Below are positions 36,500 through 49,282 of a stretch of 64,000 nucleotides of DNA, piece by piece (the stretch's first letter is position 1; the number at the start of each line of letters is the position of its first letter). The DNA lies in assembly GCF_963506605.1 (NCBI RefSeq), contig NC_083282.1, positions 62,620,001 to 62,684,000 of the forward strand, read 5' to 3'. The DNA is from Zootoca vivipara. Lineage: Eukaryota. The position numbers and the translations under genes are program-made. Under the pieces are notes generated by a model. It was not told the origin of the DNA. It ran no database searches and was given only the letters and a program-made list of their open reading frames with translations.

Positions 36500-38702
36500 T
36501 CTACCCAAGCATAGTCTGCTTCTATTTTTACTCCTATCTATATATACATGCACTTCTAAATTCTAAATGTCCCTTATTAATCCTACCCTAAATTGAACAA
36601 GATTTGTTCATCCCAGAAAAAACCTTCGCTTTTCTTATAACCCAGCAAGCTCCCCTATCCCTTCTTCAAAGCAGCAGCAGGAGCATTTGGGAAAATATGT
36701 AGATAGTTGAAACTGACAAGGCTTTCTCCCCTGACCAGAAGCAAAGTACAGTGTTGAAGGAAATCTGTATTGGTGAAGACAACAGGGCTCCCCCCACTCC
36801 TGTTTCCTTCCAGGTATGAAAGGTTGAAATATGAGGAAAATCTATTCTCAAATATGTGCAGCTCTCTCTCTCACTCTAGATATAAAACAGTGCCACTGGA
36901 GGACTAGAAAATAGCCTTCAAGCAGGAAACATCTATCTGTTCATAGCTGGGGGGGGGGGGAACCCAACCAGGAAGTATGAAATGATCCTGTAATTTCCTC
37001 GGCGGCTAACAATTGATTAATGCATCTTCCACACATGCAGATCAACTGTGGGAGAGAAGCTTAACTTTAAATGGCATGTGTGAAATGCTGCTAATGTTCT
37101 ATAAGAAGTGCATTCTGTCATTTTTATTTTCCATCACATCACATCCCAGCCAAGGATGGGTTAGCTAGGAAGCTGAGTGTCTGCGGTATTGTTTTAGATT
37201 AAAATAAAAGATGCCCTGCTAACCATATATATCAGACTTTATCTACCCTACACTGGGGGAATGAGGAAATTGTTCACAGTCACATTCCTCTCTCCTCTCA
37301 CTCTACGCATTGTTATATCATCAGCACAGACTTACTGCCTCATATCTGGTAGCACCCTCAATTTTTCTTTTTGAATTAGGAGTTAAATACATTCACAAAG
37401 TGATTATGTACCATTCTGGCATATGCAAAAGCCTCAAGCAAAGGAACTTCCCCCCCTCGCTCTATTTCTCTGGGCCTTAATATTGTGAATCACATATTCC
37501 CTGAGCCCCATCTTTGTGCACATCAAATATCTACTTAAAATTCAGGGTTGTTTTCTTTTTGCACCCGCTTTTTATTCCATTTGCTGTGAAAGTACAGACA
37601 CTGCCAATGGCAGCAACACAATTCTGTAGTGAGAAAGCCCAAGACACTGAACATATGTGAGTCAGCACCAAATGAATGCAAAAATCAAAGCCACTCACAT
37701 TTCAAATTTTCAGCTGCAGCAAACATTTATTAAGACCAAGAAACTGGGCAGCAACACCTGCCCCACTCCCAGCTCCAAAGTGAGAACAAAGGCTGGGGTT
37801 CAGGTTCCCTGGAGAGTCTTGGACACCCAGGGCCCAGTAAGCATCCTATCTCACCAGCCTATCCTGCTCAGGATCAGGAATGGAGAGCAGGCTAAGGAGG
37901 GTTGGAAGCTGCTGCCTGAAGTGACTCCAAACATCTTCAGGCAGCAGCATCCAACCAATCACTCTATTGCTCTTCCAACCTCCCATTGTTGGAAGGTTTT
38001 TGGGTTCCTCCAAGCAGTGGTACCCAACTGACCACTCTTCCTGAGGTAAGGGGAAGGGTTTTGTGTGTCGTTGCCTGAAGGCACAGTGGCACCCAACTGG
38101 CTGCTGTCACCACCAGTCTTTTCTGTGGTTGTGGAGGCTTTTATTCTAGGAATGTGATATTGAGGGCCAGTTTCCCACAGTTCCTCCCCACATGTTATCA
38201 CCACTCACCCACACTTTCCCTTTCATTCCAAGCTAGTCATCTTGTATTATTATTGTAATAATCATAAACTTAATCATCTCTCTCTCACACACACACACAA
38301 GAACAACAAATAAAACAAAACTGTACTTTTAAAACAGAAGGAAAATACTACAATATAAAAAATAGACAGTATAAGCAGAAGGAACCATTGGACAACCCAC
38401 TAAATATATCCTTTAAAATGAAATGAAGCAGCTTCAAAGTTAAAGAACAACTAGAAACATTCTAAACCATCAAAAACATGGCAGGACAGAAATGTCTTGA
38501 TGCTGTTCCCTCAACCATGGACAGCAACTTGGTGACAGAACAAGAGGAGCCAGCCAGGTGAAAGAGGTACAGTGGTAGACTGCACAGGATCTGGGCCCCT
38601 ACTGCTCATTCCCCCCACAGAAGGAAAGTGCCAGTCTTCAGGCCGGATACCCCTGGAGGACAAGCATCCTTGCCACCAAGGGTCTCACATTCCCAAGCAA
38701 TA

Positions 38703-38945
38703 CAGTGGTACCTCTACTTACGAATAACTCTACTTACGAATGTTTCTACTTACGAATGGAGCTCCGTCCGCCATCTTGGATGCGGTTTAGATAGGATTTT
38801 TTCTACTTACGAATTTTTAGATAGGGTTGCTTTGACTTATGAATTTTTTCTCCCAATGCATTCCTATGGGATTCGACTTACAATTTTTTCCGACTTACGA
38901 ATGTGTGTTCGGAACACATTAAATTCATAAGTAGAGGTACCACTG
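38703..38945. mobile_element. Tc1/mariner (Tigger-like) MITE
   Basis: TIR CAGTGGTACCTCTACTTA with TA TSD and internal ACTTACGAA repeats. Sister copy at 60597-60823. Confidence 0.9.
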
Positions 38946-40124
38946 TACTGGCAGGAAGTGCATATGGCAAGAACATCAGCTGGTGGAGATAAGAGTGCTG
39001 GGCACTAAGATATTTACAGAGGATTTATATATTCTGCACCCACAAAACCTACACAGGTACTATTCTGGAAAACAAGTAAAAGTGTGACATATCAGAAACC
39101 TGTCAAATTGTCCTTAGACCGTCATCAACACAACCAGGAATTTAAAAACAACATCCGTTTATATTTTCCCAATAAGGTATGGACTTTTCCATTTTTTCTG
39201 AAACTACACAGAAAGAGACACTTATAAAAACTCCCATACCTTAAACTCCCACACCTCAAATAAAGTCAAACATAAACAAACATGCTTCTCAGTGACACAT
39301 TTGGCATCACACCTAGTTTGGCCATTCATGTGAGAAAAGAAGAAGGAGGAGGAGGAGGAGGAGGTCACTGCCAGCCCTACAATTGGGGAGAGTGGGACAG
39401 CTAAATCAGGACACCAATGCTGGGAAGTGACAGGGAGCTGTAGGAGATCAAAGGTGTGTGAGTCATGTGTCCTGCCGTGCACTGACCAGTCTAGCGTGTT
39501 GCCCCTCGGGAGAACATTATCCCATTGCCAGTGCTGAAATAAGATACATTGTCAGTCCAATTGGTTTCTATATGTGGAAATGGGTAGCAAAATGACCTGG
39601 GCAGGCCCTGCAGATGGTGTTTATTTGAGATTAATTAACTTTAAATGGTACGAGTGTGTGATCACAATCCAGAATGAAGAGAAATCTAAATTGACGTTTG
39701 CTTATTTAATGTCAGAGACTCATTTCCACAGTTTTGCAATCCATATGGAGAAAGGCTCTTTGATTCCTTCAAGTGAGATGAAACACTTCCTTGAAGAGTA
39801 AATGTAGCTGTTAGTAATCAAGCAGTGGAGCCAGCAAGACACGTAGAGACATTAAGGGAGTTTAAAGCGTCACTGGCATAGATCTTGTTGATGCATGAGA
39901 ATTTTGTCCAATGATCTCCTATTCAGCCCTCAGTAAAACAAAGCATTACACATTTATACCACAAAGTTGTCCAGAATACTAATGCGCAAGGTATTAAAGG
40001 TGTGCTTCCACACAGAAACTTCACTTGCTGGCAAATAAATTCAGAAGGCCTTCCAAAGAGACATGGATGAAGCAGTGGGTGACTTAGCATGAATCAATCA
40101 GTGCTGAGTCAAAACTCATACGGG

Positions 40125-40185
40125 GGAGGTGTTGAACCTGGGACCTTCTGTATGCAAAACAGAACCTCTACCACTGAGCTACAGC
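40125..40185 (-). mobile_element. tRNA-derived SINE head fragment
   Basis: Revcomp GCTGTAGCTCAGTGGTAGAG...GGTCCCAGGTTCAA shows A and B boxes. Similar fragments at ~29850-29920 and ~23282-23320. Confidence 0.5.
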
Positions 40186-42303
40186 ACTGATAAGGGGTGC
40201 CAAGGAATGTTACTCCCCTTCCTCAGGCAGCAGACCACAATGGTGGTAACCAGGATGCCTCCCTTGCAGTATGTCTGGCTGGGGGAGACAAGGATGAGGG
40301 GGAGATCAAGGATGATACTGCTGTGTGTCTGTGGAAGCAGATGTCCTGCTGTCAGACAGCTTCCCATTTAGTGTGATGGCACCCAGGCTAGCAGCAACAG
40401 CAGGGTGGTGTGAGGACCTCATGTCTGCCACCCATGTTGCCACTCCTTCTACAGTTTGGCCTGTGAAGGGTTCAGGCCAAACCTGCAGCTGCGGCTCCTG
40501 ATGCTATGCTGCTGCCACACCTCCTTGTCCAATGGGCATGGCACAGGTCACACCATGTTGCCACTTGTCATCCTACCTCTGAGAGCGCATCCCAAACAAC
40601 CCCATGCTCCAGAAGATGCTCCTGGGGTTGCATCACCTGGCCATGGGGGACTCCCAGCAGGACATGGACTGGGGGGGGGCTTGCCCCATCTGCCAGTCCT
40701 CCGCCAGCAGGAGCCTGCCAGCCTTCTTAGGTGACATTGGGGACCCAACAAAAAGAGTTCAACCAGTTCCCACAGCAGGCTTCAATGTCATTCTGGGGGC
40801 CCTGAGTGGCACATTTGTCCTAGTCTTTGCACCTTCAAAACAGCCTCATGTGCATCCCACAAAAGCCTGCCTTTTGACTTGAAACTCGGGCATTGTGAAA
40901 ATTCATAGTAGCATCACCCTAAGTCTAAAGAGACATATTTACAGAAATCACTGTAAAAGAGTTGACCAGACAACTCTAAATTCCCTGTCCTCGTGAATTA
41001 CATTCCAGATCATGACAAACTCCCCCCACCCCACATGGATCTAGGACACCTTGGCCTAACAGCCGCAATCTCCCTGCCAATGTTTTGTGATGAGATAGGT
41101 GAAAACAGCAGTGTTACCGTTACTCAGTATTTTTCAGTGCCCCATCCCAAGTACACACTGATGAGTCTCTGAGGAACTATGCTGCCTAGCTCCAATGAAT
41201 ATTAATGAGAGACCACATTAAAGTATCTGAAAAACTCTGTGCGTACCATACAGAGCCTTTGCCGTTTCTGAGTCCTGGGTGAATTCCAGCTAATCCTATT
41301 TGGCGAGATGAAGCCGTCAGATAGCTTAGAAATAATAGTTGCTTTTGAGTCGGGCTGCTGGTCCCAGATATCAAATTTGAATGAACAATATTGCAGCATA
41401 AGCGCTTAGGAACGCAAAGGCATGTCGATCATTCCCATCCCAGATACTTTGTGCAAAGGAATCATCTGCATTCAAGCAGCTGGGGCGGCATTTGACTTAA
41501 GCTCTCCTCTTCCTTCCATTCAGTCACTGTTTATATCATTACCATATAATGGCCCCGGGCTGCATTCTACTAGCTAGGCTGATCTGTGGTTACACTTGTG
41601 CATTAGTCATACTTTGGAAGAATCGCTCATTACTGTAACATCTCTAGATTCACAAGGAGATAAAAATCTGATGATTGCTCCACAATTTATTTTGTTGTTC
41701 CTTTTTCATTATTAAGTAGATGCAGAAACTTTGGAAGCAAATCAGAATACTGATGCTGGCTTTCCTCGAGGCCCTTCGCCCAGAGCCTCAGAGCAAAAAA
41801 TGCAGAAAGAGGGGAGGTGCATTCTTAGCCCTTTGTGCAGATGACACACTGCTGCAGTTTATTTGCAAGAAAAATGATACATAATGGAACTACAGGGCAC
41901 TGTGTGGTCTCTGACCAGATGGGGCAAAGGGAAGTCAGTGCCAGTCTCATCCTCTACTAAACAGGCATAAAGTAGAGTCACGAGTCAGAACTGGACACTA
42001 CAACAAATATAAAACTGATGTTGTCCTGTGACTGCTTCTTCGCTCTTCCTGTTAACATCTACAGATGCAGTATTCCAGTTGTGCCCAGTGTTTCTCTGCC
42101 CTTGTTAGGCTAGGAGAGGAAAACACACAGTGCAATGATGCCACAGTAGTTGTTGTGCTGTGCAACACATTATCAGAAAGAGGGTAAGAAAAAAAGTTAT
42201 GGAGCTGCGGCAGCTCCAACATTGCCCCAAGACATCTTTCTTCCAAGAAGCCGATCTGCTCTGCAGGAGCATACTTTGAGAAGGAGAAATCCAAACCTAC
42301 AGC

Positions 42304-42493
42304 GAGCCAGTGTGGGTGCTGTGGATAGGCTATTGGAATGAGACTTGGGAGACCAAGGTTCAAATTTCTACTCAACCATGAAGCTCACTGGGTGACCTGG
42401 GGCCAATCACTGTCTCTCAGCCTTCCTAACATGCCTACCACGTCTTGAGCTCCTTGGAGGAAAGGTAGGAGATAAATGTAATATTAAATAAAC
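42304..42493 (+). mobile_element. MIR/Ther1-related SINE (Squam3-like)
   Basis: GAGCCAGTGTGG...GGAGACCAAGGTTCAAAT...CATGAAGCTCACTGGGTGACCTGGGGCCAATCACT with an L2-type tail TTGAGCTCCTTGGAGGAAAGG...ATAAAT. Confidence 0.65.
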
Positions 42494-42845
42494 ATAAGCC
42501 TTCATCTGCAAGGCAGTCAGACCTCTCGTCTTCTCTATTCAGCAAGCACATTCGTGCTTGCATGATGAATATCCTATGTTAACTTCCACACCAGAGAAAT
42601 TCTTCTTGAATTCTCTAAACAAGGCCTGCTGAGGTTGAAACTTTCAGAGCAACAATTTTGAAGTAAGTGTGATGTTCTGAAAAGAATGGTTATGGTTTTA
42701 AATTTCACCCAAGTCCAAAACTTACTAGGTTTCCAAAGTAATTGATTTCCTAGTTTGAACTCATTTTTACTCTTATTGTACCGTGTCTCCCAGACACCAC
42801 TTAGAGATGACTGTGATTAAGCAGTATACAAATCGTTGAAACAAC

Positions 42846-43021
42846 CAGTGCTTTTTTTCTGGGGGTACACAGGGGTACGCATACCCCTAAACATTTTGTG
42901 AATCTTTGTACTTTTGTCCATTTCATGTATTTATTTTCCCCGATTTGAACTATAAAACAGTGATTTTCTTGTGGCAAAATGAGAGCACCCCTAAACATTT
43001 TTTTAAAGAAAAAAAGCACTG
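42846..43021. mobile_element. hAT-like MITE
   Basis: TIR CAGTGCTTTTTTT...AAAAAAAGCACTG and degenerate TSD GAAACAAC/GAAATATC. Confidence 0.7.
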
Positions 43022-43041
43022 GAAATATCTAACTAACTAAC

Positions 43042-43381
43042 TTTGTTGTTGTTGTTTAGTCGTTTAGTCGTGTCCGACTCTTCGTGACCCCATCGACCAT
43101 AGCACACCAGGCACTCCTGTCTTGCACTGCCTCCCGCAGTTTGGTCAAACTCATGTTCGTAGCTTCGAGAACACTGTCCAACCATCTTGTCCTCTGACGT
43201 CCCCTTCTCCTAGTGCCCTCAATCTTTCCCAACATCAGGGTATTTTCCAAGGATTCTTCTCTTCTCATGAGGTGGCCAAAGTATTGGAGCCTCAGCTTCA
43301 CGATCTGTCCTTCCAGGGAGCATTCAGGGCTGATTTCCTTAAGAATGGATAGGTTTGATCTTCTTGCAGTCCATGGGACTC
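43042..43381 (-). mobile_element. RTE-BovB LINE 3' end
   Basis: Encodes KLRLQYFGHLMRREESLENTLMLGKIEG...RWLD with a (CAA)n tail. Perfect 14-bp TSD TCTAACTAACTAAC. Confidence 0.93.
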
Positions 43382-43489
43382 TCTAACTAACTAACAAAAT
43401 ATTATTTCCTCACGTTAAATGTTGAGGAGAAGTGAGATAAACACTGCAAAACACTTAGAACTATTTAAAACATAAGACCTGCTCCTGAG

Positions 43490-43686
43490 CAGGGCAGTCT
43501 CGAGCAGGTCGCGCGCCCTGGCGCTGAGGGGCAGAGATCGCTCCGGTGCCCCCACCCTCGCAGGGCGCAGCATGGCTTCCGCGCGGCTTCGTCGCGCAGC
43601 GCCCTGCCTCACCGCGCAGCGCCCTGCCTACCACCCCGGCGCCCTGGCACCCCACGCCACCAGGACTCTACCTAGAGCCGGCCCTG
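43490..43686. mobile_element. CpG-rich hAT MITE
   Basis: Ends CAGGGCAGTCTCGAG...CTAGAGCCGGCCCTG with perfect 8-bp TSD CTCCTGAG. Confidence 0.82.
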
Positions 43687-43735
43687 CTCCTGAGGTTTTC
43701 TACATGCAATGGGGCACCAAGAAATAAGAGGCAAG

Positions 43736-43958
43736 CAGTGGTGTGAGGTGAAAATTTTCATAGGGGAACAGTTAGGGGCAGAGGTGCTAGCTTGTGAGGG
43801 CGATTGGGGGAGGGGCTGACGCCATGCGCATGGCATCTTGATGTCATTGCCCCTCCCCCCCGAAGCAGGGCAGAAGCTTCCCAGTTTGAGAAGGAGGTGC
43901 CAGGGGAACATTTAGGGGACTAGCCTAATCCCCCTAGTCCACTGACCGCACATTGCTG
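43736..43958. mobile_element. hAT MITE
   Basis: CpG-decayed TIRs CAGTGGTGTGAGGT / revcomp CAGCAATGTGCGGT and TSD GAGGCAAG/GAGACAAG. Confidence 0.7.
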
Positions 43959-44443
43959 GAGACAAGGAAGGGTTTATGAAGACAGAAATGGGCCTGGTTT
44001 TCAACGGCTCCCATTAGGTTCTGAGAGACAAAACATAAGGACTGCTAACAGAGAAGCCAAGTTGAAAAGGAGTCAAACCTACCCTCAGACACTCTGACAG
44101 CAAAGTAACTGCTACTCTCCACCCCACCCCCCAAAAAGGTCTCTATTGTGTCCTTTACTTTTTCCCATACATGTGAAGGACTGCTGTTCACTCCTTTCAT
44201 TTTGTACCTTTGATGGCAATTCATATTTATTTACCTCCCCCAAATACACCACTCTCCCTGGATCCAAGTTCCCACAGTACATTGATCTGGATTTCAGCTG
44301 CTGTGTTCATTGGTTGTGTTTCCATGCTTCTTTTTTTATCTTGTGCTTTAAGGAAGCTTAAACTTGATTTATTTATTTTTAAATGATTATGTGGTTGCAA
44401 GTCACCTTAAAGCAACAAGTGGCTATAACTTCTATCAGGCAAT

Positions 44444-44446
<3 letters not shown>

Positions 44447-44505
<59 letters not shown>
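44447..44505. repeat. (GA)n microsatellite
   Basis: Direct reading. Confidence 0.95.
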
Positions 44506-44509
<4 letters not shown>

Positions 44510-47500
44510 CTATATTCTAGAAGCAACAATTGGGGGAGGGCAAAACTTATTTTCTACCTCCCATGACATGACTGGGTGGGTGGGCTTGGTTCCCACGGAC
44601 AAAGCTCATGCAGGAGAATAGAGTGTATATTTGCACGCAGAGATTATTTCACTTCTTTGTGGGTCCCAGCAGTTCAGCTGTTCTCTCTTCACCTACCACC
44701 ACTCATCAGGATGATAAATTCTTTTGCGAGTGATAAACGATAATAGGAACTCACCGAAGAGGAAACCTATGGCCACTGATGCTTTAAAGTTCTGTAGAAA
44801 GCTGCAATGACAGGAGGATTTAAGCAAGATGGATATGGTGCTCCATCTTTTGGACTAATAATGCCCAACTTTCATTTTTGCTCTGGTAGATAAAAATAAA
44901 ATAAAAATATGAGTGGCTCTGTTTGCCTGGCATTGCCTGCCACTGCAGAAATCTTATTCCCCATTTCAATATTTGCTTCTATGAAGGCAGCTGCTCCCTA
45001 AAAAAGTCAAGATTGTAATAAACACACCACGGAACAATAGAAAGTGATGCTACTTTGTAAAGAAGCAAGTCATTAACACACTAAATAGAGATCGTAAAGA
45101 TGCCTGGATGTTCACTTGCTACCAGTAAGATTAACTAAAGCTAGATACCAGAATCTTTTGGAAAACATAAAAGTTGGCATTAGAATAGTACCCTGACTAT
45201 AAGCTGCCAGGGTAAGAATTGTCAGAGTAATCCTCTTAGTTTTTATAGCCCCCAATAACTCTTCCTTGGGTGTATGGTCCACAAACCACATTCCTCTTTT
45301 TACTAGGCTTGTCAAAAATGCAGAGATAAAATTCTGTTTTCCCAGCCTCAAGCTGTGGATTTCTGGAGAACATTCATCTGCATCTCTGAATCCCAGCCAA
45401 TTCCATGTGTGTTGCCATTCCTTCAGATGTGATCAATTTCTCATTTCCATGCAAGGCCCGAAATGAACATGTGTGATTTGCTTCATGCTTGCACTGCTCC
45501 TCTTATGCAGGAGTGTTTTACTTATGTTTCGAGACTAAAAATGATTTGATTTCTGCCAGCTTCAATATGATATTAAAACGTTCAATACTGAATGTTTTAC
45601 AGAAAAGTTAAAAAGGAAAGTATGCAGAGATTACATAAATGAGCATCACATATTCTCACAAGCATGACTCATAAGCACATTAAACAAAAGCAATGACAAG
45701 TTTAGGAACGTCTGCCAGAATTTGCAGATCAGAAGTAACTGCTGAATATCCAAACTGAATTCTGCTTTCAGTACTGGTAGTGCCTTAACAATTCACTTTA
45801 TTACTTTGGAGGCGAGGCAAAATCAGACACGTGCCTCTGAGCATATAGAAAGTGTTGCTCTCTCATTCCAGAGCAATTGCATCCTCCACACAGATAACAC
45901 AAAAATGTCTTCCCCTCCATATAACTGTTTCTTCATTTTTCATCCATCTTCATTTAAAGAACAAAACTAATTATTGTTTGTTTTTTCATAATTCACCCTT
46001 GCACGTTTGTCATGGGCAAGCAAGGTCTCTTTGTGTCCTCATCCCTATTACTTAATTTATGCCAAGGTTTCAGCTGAAAAGTCTGTTTTCAATACTAACA
46101 CTAAGCCCTATAATATGGGGAAAGTACCTCTGAGCATGAACAGAGTGTTTCCCCCTCACCACTGAATAGCTGCAGTTTCCATACCTATCAGTGGAATGTT
46201 TTTAAACGCGTTCTTTTTTCTCCCACAAAAAAAATCTCACTCCTGCTTTTTCAACATCTCTTTCCCTAATCAGCCCAAAATATGCCTGTTTAAATTACCA
46301 GCCAAGTAGCAATTTTCATTTATTAACATACCGTATGTATCCTGGTGTTCATAGATGGTTACAAAAAGCTGAAACAATTCTCTTTTCTCTGAAGCTCTTC
46401 CTGTTTTCTCACACACATCTGGTCGGTCACTGTGAGAACAGGATGCTGGATTTAGAAGGGCCAAAGGTCAGATCCAGCAGACTCTTATTCTGTTCTTATA
46501 GGATTCGATCACATACCAGCAAATTTCAGTTGTGCAGTTAAATTGATTAGTGTTCTTAGGCAACGAATACTCTTCCCTCCAGAACTGAACTTCTTGCAAT
46601 AAGGAAAGTGACAGGGAAATCCAGGGTATTCTTATTAAATTTATTTATATCCCAGACACGATATCACAGAACCTCTCCGTAAACCTTCATAATAAATGTT
46701 CACTAAAAGTCAATGTTAACTAAACTCCCTGCAAACTTTGTGCAAACAAATCAGGATGAATACTCAGAAACATTCAGAAGGCTGGTGGTTTGAGCCCACC
46801 CAGGGATGGCTCTGGGCAGGATTTTCTGCATTGCAAAGGGTTGGACTAATGAATCTTATTCTATGATTCTATATAACAGATCACATGGATGTGACCACAG
46901 AGGCTATTTTGGATTCTGTTCACATACACCCCCTTCTGAAAATATGGACAACAAATCAATGAAATCTAGAGGGGACAAAAAGATTGTGTTGCCATGACTA
47001 GCAGAGCCACGGCCCTTTTTTGACTTTGACTTTGAGATTGGAGATGAAGTGAACCATTTGGTGGGTGCCTCACAAAAAAGGAGCTGTAGGTGACCCCACG
47101 ATATCTAGAACTGAAGATGATCATAAATACATGCGGCTAAAACTCTCTTGCCTGCAGAAATAGGAAACATATTGCCAGTCTTGCAACTAAAGGGCAGCTG
47201 TCCATTCTCAAAATTTAAGCCCAACATGGGGGAGAAAAAACTGCTGGGAATCAAAACCCACCAGAATCTGGTTGGCAATTGAATTAGTCCTTAAGCAAGT
47301 TGTGTAATATATTCTGTGCAGCTTCCCATGCTGAGGGCAGTGAAGAGGCCCTCTGCTGCAATTTACTCTTTTTTACGCAGTATTCATGCCACCATCAATT
47401 AATCCCAAGTTATCTAAGTGACTCACCATATCACAGCGCAGTTGACAATGAAGAAACATGAAAATGTGTCTTATTAAATTGGCCACCATGCTGAGCAGGC

Positions 47501-47683
47501 TTCAGGGAAGGCCCTGTTTGACAAAATCTGTGAGAACTTATTAGGGATGGGGAAGAAATTCAGTTCAGTCTGCATTTAAAAGTGAACCTACCTAATTCAC
47601 ACTCCCCAAAACAATGTGCAAATCAAACAGTACCATTATGCTAATTCACAGTACTCCAAATTTTGCACATGCTAGGGCAGAGG

Positions 47684-47892
47684 AGAATCCTTGGAAAAGA
47701 CCCTGATGTTGGGAAAGATTGAGGGCACTAGGAGAAGGGGACGTCGGAGGATGAGATGGTTGGACAGTGTTCTCGAAGCTACAAACATAGAGTTTGACCG
47801 AACTGCGGGAGGCAGTGCAAGACAGGAGTGCCTGGCATGCTATGGTCCATGGGGTCATGAAGAGTTGGACACGACTAAAGGACCAAACAACA
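47684..47892 (+). mobile_element. RTE-BovB 3' fragment
   Basis: Encodes EKTLMLGKIEGTRRRGRRRMRWLD. Perfect 10-bp TSD AGGGCAGAGG. Confidence 0.9.
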
Positions 47893-48107
47893 AGGGCAGA
47901 GGTGGGGAATTTCAGGCACAGAGACCAAATTCAGCCTCTCTACCTGACCCTCAGAACTCTTTCCAAGACACCCCCTCACTGCTCCTGCTTCTCACACCAA
48001 GTGCTTTTGCTGAATATCCCTATTTTCTGAGGAAAGTTGGAGGGTATGCGTGGCTGGAATGGGTCTTTGAACTCTGATAATGCCTCTTGCTTGTCTGGAT
48101 GAAGGAT

Positions 48108-48414
48108 GTTGTTGTTGTTTAGTCGTTTAGTCGTGTCCGACTCTTCGTGAACCCATGGACCATAGCACGCCAGGCACTCCTGTCTTCCACTGCCTCCCGC
48201 AGTTTGGTCAAACTCATGTTCGTAGCTTCAAGAACACTGTCCAACCACCTCGTCCTCTGTCGTCCCCTTCTCCTAGTGCCCTCAATCTTTCCCAACATCA
48301 GGGTCTTTTCCAGGGAGTCTTCTCTTCTCATGAGGTGGCCAAAGTATTGGAGCCTCAGCTTCAGGATCTGTCCTTCCAGTGAGCACTCAGGGCTGATTTC
48401 CTTAAGAATGGATA
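48108..48414 (-). mobile_element. RTE-BovB 3' fragment
   Basis: Encodes MRREDSLEKTLMLGKIEGTRRRGRQRTRWLDSVLEATNMSL with a (CAA)n tail. Confidence 0.92.
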
Positions 48415-48747
48415 GAGAGTGTTTATAAGAAACAAGCCTACGGTACAGAGATAAAATTTACATTTGTTGTTCCATCCTCTTTTGCCTCAGGCTCTGCCAA
48501 CCACTGGATTATGGCCCTTGGGAGGTTGCCCAAATGGGAACACAACCCTCAAGCTAAACAGGGTTCTTCACCCCTGCACTACGTAAATTCTTCATAAAAT
48601 TCTGCACATACAATATACAAAAATGCAGTATATGCCTGCAGAACCATGTGCGTTGGGCAAATATGTATACAAAAATGTGCATATCAGAAGAAAGTTACCT
48701 TAAAATGCTGGTGAATTTTTCACAAGGACTTTAAAAAAAAATCATAA

Positions 48748-49282
48748 CCTAGGTAGCTACCTAGGTATTTGGCTACCTAGATCTAGCAAAACTAACTAAC
48801 TCAATTAGAGGTGGTAACAGCCAGAAATTCCATCAAAGCTGGGAGAAATTTGGGGTCTACATGAAGAGACATTGTCCCACATTAAAGACCTGGATCTATT
48901 TCTAGCATTCTGTACTGTTTGGAAAAATTATATTTATATGATGAAGCATTAGGGAAGTATTTTATGATAATGGAAGCAGTTAAAAATAAAATTTAGTTAA
49001 CCCGAAATGAAGATAAGTGGAAGTCTTACGGAGGGAGAAGGTGAGGATATTTACATTTGTGTGTTGGTTTGGTATGTTATGTCTATTTTTTTTAATGAAT
49101 GGTTTAATATGATTTAATACAATATACAATGAGTAAATGAATAGATAAGAATGCATAATGGATTTGTGTATTAGATGGTATTCACAATTTTATTTGTAAA
49201 TTTGTAAGTTTTATGATTTGTGTGATTATGTGTATTGATTTGAAATTTAATAAAGATAATTTTTTAAATTAAAAATAAAATG
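48748..49282 (+). mobile_element. L1-type LINE 3' end (ORF2 C-terminus and AT-rich 3'UTR)
   Basis: Encodes LAKLTNSIRGGNSQKFHQSWEKFGVYMKR...*, then AATAAA and an A-rich end. TSD AAATCATAA. Confidence 0.65.

Noticed and set aside
38703-38945. CRISPR-like short repeats (ACTTACGAA)
   Set aside because: These are irregular subterminal repeats inside a TA-flanked Tc1/mariner MITE in vertebrate DNA.
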